Below, one piece after another: positions 10,275-19,293 of a stretch of DNA of 32,000 nucleotides (positions within the stretch are counted from its first letter, which is position 1; the number at the start of each line of letters is the position of its first letter). Made by a program: the position numbers and the translations under genes. Under the pieces are notes generated by a model. The model was not told the DNA's origin and ran no database searches. It saw nothing but the letters and a program-made list of their open reading frames with translations. This DNA comes from Alkalilimnicola ehrlichii MLHE-1 (GTDB lineage: Bacteria; Pseudomonadota; Gammaproteobacteria; Nitrococcales; Halorhodospiraceae), in contig NC_008340.1 of the NCBI RefSeq assembly GCF_000014785.1, positions 600,001 to 632,000 of the forward strand, written 5' to 3'.

Positions 10275-11636
10275 GTGACGGAACAGACCATCAACTCCGA
10301 CAACCCCGCGATCGTTCCCAGGGATCAGCACCGCATCTCCCGCGCGGATATCAGCGAGAACGCCCTCAAGGTCCTGTACCGGCTGAAGAATGCCGGCTAC
10401 GGTGCCTACCTGGTGGGCGGCGGCGTGCGCGACCTGTCCCTGGGTCATGAGCCCAAGGATTTCGACGTGGCCACGGACGCCCGGCCCGAGGAGGTACGGG
10501 AGCTGTTTCGCAACTGTCGGCTGATCGGCCGCCGCTTCCGCCTGGCCCACGTGCAGTTCGGCCGCGAGATCATTGAGGTGGCCACCTTCCGCGCCCTGCA
10601 TGATCCGGAGAGCCAGGACGACGACGAGGCCGACGGTGATTTCGACGATGACGACGTCGAGGTCCGTGACCGGGCCGTGGGCGAGGTGGCCTTCGAGAAC
10701 GGCCGCATCGTGCGCGACAACGTATACGGCACCCTGGAAGAGGATGCCCTACGGCGCGACTTCACCATCAACGCGCTCTACTACAACATCGCTGACTTCA
10801 GCGTGGTGGACCACGCCGGCGGGCTGAAGGACCTGGATCAGGGGGTCATCCGCCTGATGGGCGACCCGGAGACCCGCTACCGGGAGGATCCGGTGCGGAT
10901 GCTGCGTGCGGTGCGCTTCGCCGCCAAGCTGGGCTTCCGCATCCATCCCGATACCGCCGAGCCGCTGCCGCGCATGGCCCACCTGCTGGCCGAGGTGCCG
11001 CCGGCGCGCCTGTTCGATGAGGTGCTCAAGCTCTTTATGGGCGGGCTGGCCGCCGAGACCTTCGAGATGCTGCGCCAACACGGCCTGTTCGCACCCCTCT
11101 TCCCGATGACCGAGCGGGAGATCGAGGCGGACCAGCACGGCGTGGTGCTCTCGTTCATCGCCCAGGCCCTGAAGAACACCGACGAGCGCATCGAGAACGG
11201 CAAGCCGGTCACGCCCGCCTTCCTGTTCGCCGCCCTGCTGTGGCCGGCGGTGGTGGCCCGCTCCCTGGCCCTGCAGGCGGAAGAGGACGTGCCCCCGGTG
11301 CCGGCGCTGCAGCAGGCCGCCGCCGAGATCCAGCGGCGTCAGCGCCAGAGCGTGGCCATCCCCAAGCGTTTCGGGATCCCCATGGGCGAGATCTGGACCC
11401 TGCAGCCGCGCTTCGACCAGCGTACCGGCAAGCGCCCGCTGCGCTTCATGGGCCACCCGCGGTTCCGTGCCGCCTACGATTTCCTGCTGCTGCGTGCGAC
11501 CATCGGCGAGGTGCCCGAGGCCCTGGCCGAGTGGTGGACCCAGTTTCAGGAGCTGCACCCGGAGCAGCGCGCACAGGTGGTCCTGGACCAGAAAGGCGGA
11601 CGCGGCCGCCGGGGCCGGCGCCGCCGGCGCCGCTGA
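10275..11636 (+). CDS. pcnB: Poly(A) polymerase I; GTG start chosen at 10275 (track lists 10197..11636 with a TTG start)
   Basis: IVPRDQHRISRADISENALKVLYRLKNAGYGAYLVGGGVRDLSLGHEPKDFDVATDA...EEDALRRDFTINALYYNI; basic Arg-rich C-terminus; followed by folK. Confidence 0.93.
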   Translation: MTEQTINSDNPAIVPRDQHRISRADISENALKVLYRLKNAGYGAYLVGGGVRDLSLGHEPKDFDVATDARPEEVRELFRNCRLIGRRFRLAHVQFGREIIEVATFRALHDPESQDDDEADGDFDDDDVEVRDRAVGEVAFENGRIVRDNVYGTLEEDALRRDFTINALYYNIADFSVVDHAGGLKDLDQGVIRLMGDPETRYREDPVRMLRAVRFAAKLGFRIHPDTAEPLPRMAHLLAEVPPARLFDEVLKLFMGGLAAETFEMLRQHGLFAPLFPMTEREIEADQHGVVLSFIAQALKNTDERIENGKPVTPAFLFAALLWPAVVARSLALQAEEDVPPVPALQQAAAEIQRRQRQSVAIPKRFGIPMGEIWTLQPRFDQRTGKRPLRFMGHPRFRAAYDFLLLRATIGEVPEALAEWWTQFQELHPEQRAQVVLDQKGGRGRRGRRRRRR

Positions 11637-11670
11637 GCACCGGCGGCTCCACCGCGGGGCGCCGCAGGCC

Positions 11671-12174
11671 ATGAGTGACTGGGTGACGGCATACCTGGGG
11701 CTGGGCAGCAACCTGAACGGTCCGCGCGCGCAGATCGAGCGGGCTGTGGCGGCGCTGGCCCGGCTGCCCGGGTGCCGGGGGCTGCGCAGCTCGTCGCTCT
11801 ACCGCAATCCGCCCATGGGCCCGGTGGACCAGCCCGACTTCGTCAACGCCGTGGTCGCCCTGCGCACCCGGCTGGACCCGCTGGTGCTGTTGGACCAGAT
11901 TCAGGGGCTGGAGCGCCAGCAGGGACGGGTGCGCGGTCGCTACTGGGGTGAGCGCACGCTGGACGTGGACCTGTTGCTCTACGGCGACCATCGGGTCGCC
12001 CATGCGCGGTTGACCGTGCCCCATCCCGGGCTGCCGCACCGCGCCTTCGTGCTGTATCCTCTGGCCGAACTGGCGGACGCGCCGCCGCTGCCCGGCCTTC
12101 CGGCCCTGGAGACGCTGTTGGCCGGCTGCGGCGGAGAATCACTCGAGAAGATCGCGCCGCCGCCGTTGCCTTGA
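11671..12174 (+). CDS. folK: 2-amino-4-hydroxy-6-hydroxymethyldihydropteridine pyrophosphokinase
   Basis: [29 protein letters not shown]...[30 protein letters not shown]...[14 protein letters not shown]. Confidence 0.95.
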   Translation: MSDWVTAYLGLGSNLNGPRAQIERAVAALARLPGCRGLRSSSLYRNPPMGPVDQPDFVNAVVALRTRLDPLVLLDQIQGLERQQGRVRGRYWGERTLDVDLLLYGDHRVAHARLTVPHPGLPHRAFVLYPLAELADAPPLPGLPALETLLAGCGGESLEKIAPPPLP

Positions 12175-12217
12175 GCCCGATTGTCCTGTCACCTCCAGCA
12201 GGAGATACGCTGTAGCC

Positions 12218-13051
12218 ATGTATACCGGTGACCCGCCGCAGACCCGTCGCCCCGTCACTGTCGGGCGGCTGCAGAGGATGAAGGCGGACGGCCAGAAGGT
12301 CGTCGCCCTCACGGCCTACGACTACACCTTTGCCGTGGCGGAGGACCAGGCCGGGGTGGACGTCATCCTGGTGGGCGACTCCCTGGGCATGGTGGTCCAG
12401 GGGCGGGACACCACCGTGCCGGTCACAGTGGAGGAGATGGTCTACCACACCCGCTGCGTCACCGCGGCCCGGCCTTCCGCCCTGGTGATGGCCGACATGC
12501 CCTTTATGAGCTACGCCACCCTGGAGGACGGCCTGCGCAACGCCGCCCGGTTGATGCAGGAGGGCGGGGCGCAGATGATCAAGCTGGAGGGGGCCGGTGA
12601 GCAGGCCGAACTGGTGGCCCGACTGGCCCGTGCCGGCATTCCGGTGTGCGCCCACCTGGGGCTGCAGCCGCAACTGGTGCACAAGCTGGGGGGGTACCGG
12701 GTGCAGGGGCGGGAGAGCGCGGCCGCCGACGCCATGCTGGCCGATGCCCAGGCCCTCGAGGCGGCGGGCGCCGACCTGCTGCTGCTGGAGTGTGTGCCCG
12801 CCGAGTTGGGCCGGCGCATCAGCCAGGGGCTGGAGATCCCGGTGATCGGTATCGGCGCCGGGCCCGATTGTGACGGCCAGATCCTGGTCCTGCAGGACAT
12901 CCTGGGGGTTACCCCGGGCCGGATCCCGCGGTTCTCCAAGAACTTCATGAACGGCGCCGGCAGTATCCAGTGTGCCCTTCAGGCCTATGTGCAGGCGGTG
13001 CGTAGCGGTGCCTTTCCGGATGCGGCGCACTCGTTCGGAGGGCAGGGGTGA
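12218..13051 (+). CDS. panB: 3-methyl-2-oxobutanoate hydroxymethyltransferase
   Basis: 277 aa; [55 protein letters not shown]. Confidence 0.97.
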   Translation: MYTGDPPQTRRPVTVGRLQRMKADGQKVVALTAYDYTFAVAEDQAGVDVILVGDSLGMVVQGRDTTVPVTVEEMVYHTRCVTAARPSALVMADMPFMSYATLEDGLRNAARLMQEGGAQMIKLEGAGEQAELVARLARAGIPVCAHLGLQPQLVHKLGGYRVQGRESAAADAMLADAQALEAAGADLLLLECVPAELGRRISQGLEIPVIGIGAGPDCDGQILVLQDILGVTPGRIPRFSKNFMNGAGSIQCALQAYVQAVRSGAFPDAAHSFGGQG

Positions 13052-13908
13052 AGCGGCTGAAGCGCACAGCGGATCTGCGCGCCTTGGTGGCCGACTGGCG
13101 CCGGGAGGGCCTCCGGGTGGGCCTGGTGCCCACCATGGGCAATCTGCACGAGGGGCACCTGGCCCTGGCCGAGTATCTGGCGCCGCACTGTGACCGGCTG
13201 GTGACCAGCATCTTCGTCAATCCGCTGCAGTTCGGCCCCAACGAGGATTACGAGAGCTATCCACGCACCTTTGGTGAGGACTGTGCCGGCCTTGAGGCGC
13301 GTGGGGTGGATGCGGTGTTCGCGCCCCCGGTGGAGGAGATGTACCGCGGCGGCGTGCGCCAGGCCACCCGGGTGGAGGTGGGGGCGCTGGCTGAGCGTCT
13401 TTGCGGTATCAGCCGGCCCGGCCACTTCACGGGGGTGGCCACGGTGGTGGTCAAGCTGTTCAACCTGGTACAGCCGGACGTGGCGGTCTTCGGCCGCAAG
13501 GACTACCAGCAGTTGCGGGTGATCGAGCAGGTGGTCTCGGACCTGAATATCCCGGTGGAGGTGCGGGGCATGCCCACGGTGCGTGAGCCGGACGGGCTGG
13601 CCATGAGTTCGCGCAACGGCTATCTCACCCAGCAGGAGCGGCATATCGCGCCGGGCCTCTACCGCACGTTGCAGGGGATGGCGAAGCGGATCCGGGCGGG
13701 GGATGACGACTACCGTCGCCTGGAGGCGCGCGGGCGGGCCATGCTGGCGGAACAGGGCTTTCAGCCGGACTACCTGGAGGTGTGCCGGGCCGACGATCTG
13801 ACCCCGGCGGCGCCAGGCGACCGGGGCCTGGTGGTGGCGGGTGCGGCCTGGTTGGGACGGGCGCGCCTGATCGATAATATCGAATTGGAATTGAACCGGG
13901 ATCAATAA
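13048..13908 (+). CDS. panC: Pantothenate synthetase (GTG start)
   Basis: 286 aa; [51 protein letters not shown]; 4-bp GTGA overlap with panB. Confidence 0.97.
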   Translation: MKRLKRTADLRALVADWRREGLRVGLVPTMGNLHEGHLALAEYLAPHCDRLVTSIFVNPLQFGPNEDYESYPRTFGEDCAGLEARGVDAVFAPPVEEMYRGGVRQATRVEVGALAERLCGISRPGHFTGVATVVVKLFNLVQPDVAVFGRKDYQQLRVIEQVVSDLNIPVEVRGMPTVREPDGLAMSSRNGYLTQQERHIAPGLYRTLQGMAKRIRAGDDDYRRLEARGRAMLAEQGFQPDYLEVCRADDLTPAAPGDRGLVVAGAAWLGRARLIDNIELELNRDQ

Positions 13909-13919
13909 ATCAGCATAAT
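13891..13919 (+). promoter_or_regulatory. Sigma70-like promoter candidate upstream of panD, overlapping the panC 3' end
   Basis: TTGAAC (13891-13896), 17-nt spacer, CATAAT (13914-13919). Confidence 0.5.
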
Positions 13920-14032
13920 CCGCGACTGAAATGTGCGGTTGCACAAGAGCGCCTCGTCACCCCTGTCGGGCCTGTACGGGTCTGGCTTCGCGTGGAGCGG
14001 CGAGTTGTACGGCAAGAAAACGGTGATTCGGT

Positions 14033-14413
14033 ATGCAATTGAACATGCTGAAATGCAAGCTGCACCAGGCCTGCGTGACGGATACAGAGCTGGACTACGA
14101 GGGGTCCTGCGCCATTGATGCCAACCTCATGGATGCCGCCGGTATCCGCGAGTTCGAGCAGATCCATGTCTACAATCTGGCGAACGGTGCGCGGTTCACC
14201 ACCTATGCCATCCGTGGCGAGGCCGGTTCGCGCATGATCTCCATGAACGGTGCGGCGGCGCATCTGTGCAGTGAGGGTGACCGTATCATCATCTGCTGCT
14301 ACGCCAACGTGGACGAGTCGGAGCTGGACCGCCACGAGCCCGCGCTGGTCTACTGCGACGGCGATAACCGGATTACCCACCAGCGCAACGGCATCCCGCT
14401 GCAGGTGGCCTGA
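14033..14413 (+). CDS. panD: Aspartate 1-decarboxylase precursor
   Basis: 126 aa; MQLNMLKCKLHQACVTDTELDYEGSCAIDANLMDAAGI with the G-S cleavage site forming the pyruvoyl group; ISMNGAAAHLCSEGDRIIICCYA. Confidence 0.97.
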   Translation: MQLNMLKCKLHQACVTDTELDYEGSCAIDANLMDAAGIREFEQIHVYNLANGARFTTYAIRGEAGSRMISMNGAAAHLCSEGDRIIICCYANVDESELDRHEPALVYCDGDNRITHQRNGIPLQVA

Positions 14414-14464
14414 TCCTGATGCGCTGAGGGCGCCCCGCTGGCGTCCACCGGCGTGATGCGATGC

Positions 14465-14510
14465 AAAAAGCCGTTTCCGGTCAGGTTTCCGGAGCGGCTT
14501 TTCTCGTTTT
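14465..14510 (+). terminator. Rho-independent terminator after panD
   Basis: AAAAGCCGtttCCGG ... CCGGagCGGCTTTT stem-loop followed by TTTTCTCGTTTTT. Confidence 0.7.
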
Positions 14511-14564
14511 TGATGTGGTGTTGGGGGCGGCGTTGGGGCCGAGGGGCGGGTGCCGAAGGTTTTC

Positions 14565-14648
14565 CCCCGTCATCGCGAGGGCCGAAGGCCCGTGGCGATC
14601 CAGGGCGGTAGACTGCCGCGTCGGCTTCGCCTCCTCGCAGTGACGGGG
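14565..14648. repeat. Intergenic imperfect-palindrome repeat, copy 1
   Basis: CCCCGTCATCGCGAGGGCCGAAGGCCCGTGGCGATCC...GTCGGCTTCGCCTCCTCGCAGTGACGGGG; termini are near-perfect inverted repeats (GTCATCGCGAGG / CCTCGCAGTGAC). Confidence 0.85.
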
Positions 14649-14658
14649 AGGGTCGCCA

Positions 14659-14744
14659 CCCCCGTCATCGCGAGGAGCGCAGCGACGTGGCGATCCACAG
14701 GCCCTGGACTGCCACATCGGCTCTGCCTCCTCGCAGTGCCGGGT
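14659..14744. repeat. Intergenic imperfect-palindrome repeat, copy 2, direct tandem of copy 1
   Basis: CCCCCGTCATCGCGAGGAGCGCAGCGACGTGGCGATCCACAGGCCCTGGACTGCCACATCGGCTCTGCCTCCTCGCAGTGCCGGG; ~95-bp period relative to copy 1. Confidence 0.85.
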
Positions 14745-14778
14745 GGGGGTTGTGCTTCTCTTCCGGAAAAATGACGGC

Positions 14779-15855
14779 TTATTCCGCGTTTCCGGGTTCC
14801 GTCAACCGTCTCAAGGCCCACGCCACATGCTCGCGCACCAGGGCTGACGGGTGCTCCTGTCGCGCCTCCAGCGCCGCCACGGCCTCGGCGCTGGCCGGCC
14901 CGTTGCCCAAGGCTACGGCGAGGTTGCGCAGCCACCGCTCGTGCCCCAGGCGACGGATCGCCGAGCCCGCCATCCGGTCGAGAAACTGCGATTCGGTCCA
15001 GCCGAACAGTTCCACCAGGTCCGCGTGGTCCAGGTTGTGCCGCGGTTGGAAGTCCCCCTCCGCCGTCGGCCGGGCGAACTTGTTCCACGGGCAGATGAGC
15101 TGGCAGTCGTCGCAGCCGAACACCCGGTTGCCCATCAGCGGCCGCAGCGGCTCCGGGATCGGGCCGTCGTGTTCGATGGTGAGGTAACTGATGCAGAGGC
15201 GGGCATCGAGTTGGTAGGGGCCGACGATGGCCCCCGTCGGGCAGACATCGATACAGGCGCGGCACCGGCCGCAGTGGCCGCGGCGCCGTGGCGGGTCGGC
15301 GGGCAGGGGCAGGTCCGTGAACAGCTCCCCCAGGAAGAACCACGAGCTGGCGTCCCGGTCCATCAACAGCGTGTGCTTGCCGATCCAGCCCAGGTCCGCC
15401 TCCCGGCCCACCGCCTTCTCCAGCACCGGGGCGCTGTCCACAAAGGCGCGGTAACCGTACGGCCCCACCTCGGTCTCGATCCGCCGGGCGAGTTTCTGCA
15501 GCCGCTGGCGCATCAGCTTGTGATAGTCCCGCCCCAGGGCGTAGCGGGCGACATAGGCCTTGCGCCCGTCCGCCAGCACCGACCAGGGCTCCGCCCCCGC
15601 CGGCTGGTAGTCCAGCCGCACCGAGATGATCCGCCCCGTGCCCGGCAGCAGCCGCTGCGGTCGGCTGCGCTTCACCCCGTGGCGCCCCATCCAGCCCATG
15701 GTCCCCTGCCAGCCCCGGCGCAGCCAGCGCAGCAACCAGTACTCATCCTGGCGCAGGTCCGGGTCGGCGATACCCACGCCGGTGAACCCCAGCTCGCCCG
15801 CCCAGACGCGGATGCGTTCGGCCAGCGCCTGCATGTCATCGGCTGTTCTCTCCAT
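14779..15855 (-). CDS. queG: Epoxyqueuosine reductase QueG; start uncertain (track ORF begins 15879; in-frame ATGs at 15855 and 15834)
   Basis: Two 4Fe-4S motifs CGRCRACIDVCPTGAI and CDDCQLICPWNKF; RIISVRLDYQP, DSAPVLEKAVGREADLGWIGKHT; C-terminal HEAT-like region. Confidence 0.94.
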   Translation of the reverse strand: MERTADDMQALAERIRVWAGELGFTGVGIADPDLRQDEYWLLRWLRRGWQGTMGWMGRHGVKRSRPQRLLPGTGRIISVRLDYQPAGAEPWSVLADGRKAYVARYALGRDYHKLMRQRLQKLARRIETEVGPYGYRAFVDSAPVLEKAVGREADLGWIGKHTLLMDRDASSWFFLGELFTDLPLPADPPRRRGHCGRCRACIDVCPTGAIVGPYQLDARLCISYLTIEHDGPIPEPLRPLMGNRVFGCDDCQLICPWNKFARPTAEGDFQPRHNLDHADLVELFGWTESQFLDRMAGSAIRRLGHERWLRNLAVALGNGPASAEAVAALEARQEHPSALVREHVAWALRRLTEPGNAE

Positions 15856-15877
15856 CCGCCCATTGTAAACTGGGGGC

Positions 15878-17356
15878 ATGAATACACTACCGGAATACCT
15901 CTACACGCCGGCCCAGGTCCAGGAGCTGGACCGCCGGGCCATTCAGGATCACGGCCTACCCGGGTTGTCGCTGATGGAGCGCGCCGGCCGCCGGGGCTGG
16001 GAAGTGCTGCTCAAGCACTGGCCCCACGTGCGCCGCCTGCGGGTGCTCTGCGGCGGGGGCAATAACGGTGGCGACGGCTACGTGGTGGCGCGGCTGGCCC
16101 GGCGCGCCGGCCTCGGTGTGCGCCTGCAGGCCCTGTCCGACCCCGACCGGCTCAACGGCGATGCCGCTACCGTGGCGCGCCGCTTCCAGGAGGAGGGGGG
16201 GCAGATCGAGTCCTGGGATCCGACCGGCCTGGCGGACGAGGACGTGGTGGTGGACGCCCTGCTGGGCACCGGCCTGGACCGGCCGGTGGAGGGGCGCTAC
16301 CGGGAGGCGTTGCAGGCGCTGAAGGCGGCCGGCGTGCCGGTGCTGGCCATCGACGTGCCCTCGGGGCTCAACGCCGGCACCGGTGCCGTGATGGGGGAGG
16401 CGGTGGAGGCGCACTGCACGGTGACCTTCATCGGTCTCAAGCCGGGGCTGCTCACCGGCGCCGGCCCGCAGTGTGCCGGCACCCTCTACTTCGACGACCT
16501 GGGTGTGCCGCCGGAGATCTACCAGGATATGGCCCCGGTGGCGGGTCTCTGCCGCGATGAGCTGTTGCGCCGGTGCCTCGGCCCCCGCCCGGCCCATGCC
16601 CACAAGGGCCAGTTCGGCCACGCCTTGGTGATCGGCGGTGATCTGGGCATGGGTGGTGCGGCGCGGATGGCCGGCGAGGCGGCGGGCCGCACCGGGGCGG
16701 GGCTGGTCAGCGTGGCCACCCGCCCGGCGCACGTCGCCGCCCTGCTGGCCGCGCGCCCGGAGCTGATGGTCCACGGCCTGGACAGCGCCGAGGGCCTGGC
16801 GCCGCTGCTGGAGAAGGCCACTGCCTGGGCCCTGGGGCCGGGGCTGGGGCAGGGGCCGTGGGGGCGCGCGCTCTGGGAGGCGGCGCTGCGGACTGAGCAC
16901 CCCTGCGTGCTCGATGCCGATGCCCTCAACCTGCTGGCCGCCGACCCGCGTCCCTGCCCCAACGCCCTGCTCACCCCCCACCCGGGCGAGGCGGCCCGGC
17001 TGCTGGGTGTGACCCCTGCCGAGGTGCAGGCGGATCGGCTGGCCGCGGCCGACGCGCTGGTGGAACGCTACCGCGGGGCAGTGGTGCTCAAGGGCGCCGG
17101 CAGTGTGATCGCCGCCCCGGGGGCCCTGCCGCGCTTGGTCACCGCCGGCAATCCGGGGATGGCCAGCGGCGGCATGGGCGATGTCCTCACCGGGGTGGTG
17201 CTCGGGTTGCTGGCACAAGGCCTGTCCGCCGTGGAGGCGGCCGAATTGGGGGCGCTGGTGCATGCCCGCGCCGCTGACCGGGCCGCCCGGGCCGGGGAGC
17301 GCGGGCTGCTGGCGGGCGATGTGCTGATGGCCCTGCGTGCCGAGGTCAACCCGTGA
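15878..17356 (+). CDS. nnr: Bifunctional NAD(P)H-hydrate repair enzyme (epimerase plus ADP/ATP-dependent dehydratase)
   Basis: 492 aa YjeF_N plus carbohydrate-kinase-like domain; VLCGGGNNGGDGYVVARL and GNPGMASGGMGDVLTGVV. Confidence 0.95.
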   Translation: MNTLPEYLYTPAQVQELDRRAIQDHGLPGLSLMERAGRRGWEVLLKHWPHVRRLRVLCGGGNNGGDGYVVARLARRAGLGVRLQALSDPDRLNGDAATVARRFQEEGGQIESWDPTGLADEDVVVDALLGTGLDRPVEGRYREALQALKAAGVPVLAIDVPSGLNAGTGAVMGEAVEAHCTVTFIGLKPGLLTGAGPQCAGTLYFDDLGVPPEIYQDMAPVAGLCRDELLRRCLGPRPAHAHKGQFGHALVIGGDLGMGGAARMAGEAAGRTGAGLVSVATRPAHVAALLAARPELMVHGLDSAEGLAPLLEKATAWALGPGLGQGPWGRALWEAALRTEHPCVLDADALNLLAADPRPCPNALLTPHPGEAARLLGVTPAEVQADRLAAADALVERYRGAVVLKGAGSVIAAPGALPRLVTAGNPGMASGGMGDVLTGVVLGLLAQGLSAVEAAELGALVHARAADRAARAGERGLLAGDVLMALRAEVNP

Positions 17357-17856
17357 GTGCGCTTACCACCCTGTCGTTGCCGCTTCCCGACGAGGAGGCC
17401 ACCCGCGCCCTGGGCGCGGCGCTGGCCGAGACGGTGCCCGCCGGGCTGGTCTGTCTTTACGGCGAACTCGGTGCCGGCAAGACCACCCTGGTGCGCGGGC
17501 TGCTCCGGCACCTGGGGCACGCCGGCGCGGTCCGCAGCCCCACCTACACGCTGGTGGAGAGCTACCAGCCGGGAGGGCGCCGCGTCCACCACCTGGACCT
17601 CTACCGGCTGGGCCACCCGGAGGAGCTGGAGTTCATCGGCTTGCGCGACCTGCTGCAGCCGACCGATACGGTGTTGGTGGAGTGGCCGGAGCGGGGCGAG
17701 GGGGTGCTGCCGAGCCCTGTGCTCTCTATCACGCTATCCCACACCGGCACCAGCCGCGAGGCGCGGCTGGAGCGGGGCGCGGGGGGGCAGGCGGTGGACC
17801 TGATAAAGGTTCACCTGGTTTACCAGGAGTTTTCTGCAACACACCATTCTGACTGA
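17353..17856 (+). CDS. tsaE: tRNA threonylcarbamoyladenosine biosynthesis ATPase TsaE (GTG start)
   Basis: Walker A GELGAGKTTLVRGLLRHLG, SPTYTLVESY, HHLDLYRL, EWPERGEGVLP; 4-bp GTGA overlap with nnr. Confidence 0.95.
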   Translation: MSALTTLSLPLPDEEATRALGAALAETVPAGLVCLYGELGAGKTTLVRGLLRHLGHAGAVRSPTYTLVESYQPGGRRVHHLDLYRLGHPEELEFIGLRDLLQPTDTVLVEWPERGEGVLPSPVLSITLSHTGTSREARLERGAGGQAVDLIKVHLVYQEFSATHHSD

Positions 17857-17929
17857 AGATTCCCTTGAAAAGTGCCTGGGGGTGTGTCTTACTGAAGGGC
17901 GTACCACCTCTACTTTCAGGCGCTGTCCC

Positions 17930-19288
17930 ATGTCGTTGCCCAATCCGTTGCAATGGTCGATCATTATCGGGCTCCTGCTGCTCTGCCATTCGGCGCTGCT
18001 CTCGGCGCAGACCGAGGTCAGCGGCGTGCGTGCCTCCGACTCCGGGGACACCACCCGGGTGGTCTTCGATCTGGGCGGGGCGGTGGAGCACAAGGCCTTC
18101 ACCCTGGCCGATCCCCATCGGGTGGTGATCGACATCCGCGGCGCCCGGGCCGCCAGTGACCTGACCCTGACCGGGCAGGGCGTGGTCGAGCGCCTGCGCT
18201 CGGGCGCCCGGGGTGATGGCGACCTGCGCCTGGTGCTGGACCTTACCGAACAGGTGCGCCCGCGCACCTTCCTGGTGGCCCCCGGCAACGGTCGCGGACA
18301 CCGGCTGGTGGTGGACCTCGAGCCCCACGGTCGGCGCGATGCCGAGTCCGCCGGGCGCTCGGCCGATTCCCAAAGCCGTTCCGGAGCCCGTGCCGAGCCC
18401 ACCCGTTCGGTGGGCAACGGTACGCGCCAGCGGGACCTGGTGGTGGCCATCGATGCGGGCCACGGCGGGGTGGATCCGGGCGCCATCGGCCCCGGCGGCA
18501 CCTTCGAAAAGGACATCGCCCTCCAGGTCGCACGGCGGCTGGCCCGGCTGCTGGAGGACAAGCCCGGTCTCCGGCCGCTGATGATCCGCGATGGCGATTA
18601 CTACATGGGGTTGCGTGACCGGACCCGAAAGGCGCGCGAGAACAACGCCGATCTGTTCGTCTCCATCCATGCCGATGCCCTGGATGATCGCCGGGTGCGC
18701 GGCAGCTCCGTCTACGTGCTCTCCGAGCAGGGCGCCACCTCGGAGGCGGCGCGCATGCTGGCGCAGCGTGAGAACGCCGCCGACTTTATCGGCGGCGTCT
18801 CGCTCAAGGACAAGGACGACATGGTCGCCTCGGTGCTGGTGGATCTCTCCCGCGCAGCCACGGTCGAGTCCAGCCTGGAGCTGGGTGACAAGGCCCTGGA
18901 GGAACTGGGCCGGACCAACCGCCTGTTGCGCGGCCGGGTTGAGCAGGCGGGCTTCGCCGTGCTCAAGAGTCTGGATATGCCCTCCATGCTGGTGGAGCTG
19001 GGCTTTATCTCCAACCCCGAGGAGGAGCGCCTGCTCAGGCAGGCTGAACACCAGCAGAACCTGGCCCGGGCCCTGGCGCGGTCCATCGAGCGCTACGCCG
19101 AGGACGTCATGCTGCCCGAGCTGCGTATGGCCGGGGACGAGGCCGGGGGGCAGGAGTACGTGGTCCGTCGCGGCGATACCCTCAGCGCCATTGCCCAACG
19201 GCACGACGTCAGCGTCGGCCGGCTGCGCGCCGCCAATGATCTCAACGGCGACAACATCGTGGTGGGCCGTACCCTGGTGATACCATAG
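17930..19288 (+). CDS. amiC: N-acetylmuramoyl-L-alanine amidase (AMIN plus Amidase_3 plus LysM), AmiB/AmiC type
   Basis: Signal peptide MSLPNPLQWSIIIGLLLLCHSALLSAQ; VVAIDAGHGGVDPGAIGPGGTFEKDI; VELGFISNPEEERLL; C-terminal LysM YVVRRGDTLSAIAQRHDVSVGRLRAANDLNGDNIVVG. Confidence 0.93.
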   Translation: MSLPNPLQWSIIIGLLLLCHSALLSAQTEVSGVRASDSGDTTRVVFDLGGAVEHKAFTLADPHRVVIDIRGARAASDLTLTGQGVVERLRSGARGDGDLRLVLDLTEQVRPRTFLVAPGNGRGHRLVVDLEPHGRRDAESAGRSADSQSRSGARAEPTRSVGNGTRQRDLVVAIDAGHGGVDPGAIGPGGTFEKDIALQVARRLARLLEDKPGLRPLMIRDGDYYMGLRDRTRKARENNADLFVSIHADALDDRRVRGSSVYVLSEQGATSEAARMLAQRENAADFIGGVSLKDKDDMVASVLVDLSRAATVESSLELGDKALEELGRTNRLLRGRVEQAGFAVLKSLDMPSMLVELGFISNPEEERLLRQAEHQQNLARALARSIERYAEDVMLPELRMAGDEAGGQEYVVRRGDTLSAIAQRHDVSVGRLRAANDLNGDNIVVGRTLVIP

Positions 19289-19293
19289 GGTCA

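Noticed and set aside
14461-14643. 60-aa plus-strand ORF after panD
   Set aside because: Begins inside the panD terminator and reads into repeat copy 1; no support for coding.
14565-14744. Possible CRISPR array
   Set aside because: Only two long diverged units with terminal inverted repeats and a ~10-bp gap. No short identical repeats, spacers or cas genes.
14570-15343. 257-aa minus-strand ORF running through the tandem repeats
   Set aside because: Out-of-frame shadow of queG whose tail is translated repeat sequence (GSPGPVDRHVAALLAMTGVATLPVTA). The repeats are noncoding elements.
17866-17900. TTGAAA-N17-CTTACT as an amiC promoter
   Set aside because: The -10 matches consensus at only 3 of 6 positions, and the gene is in a tight cluster where read-through is likely.
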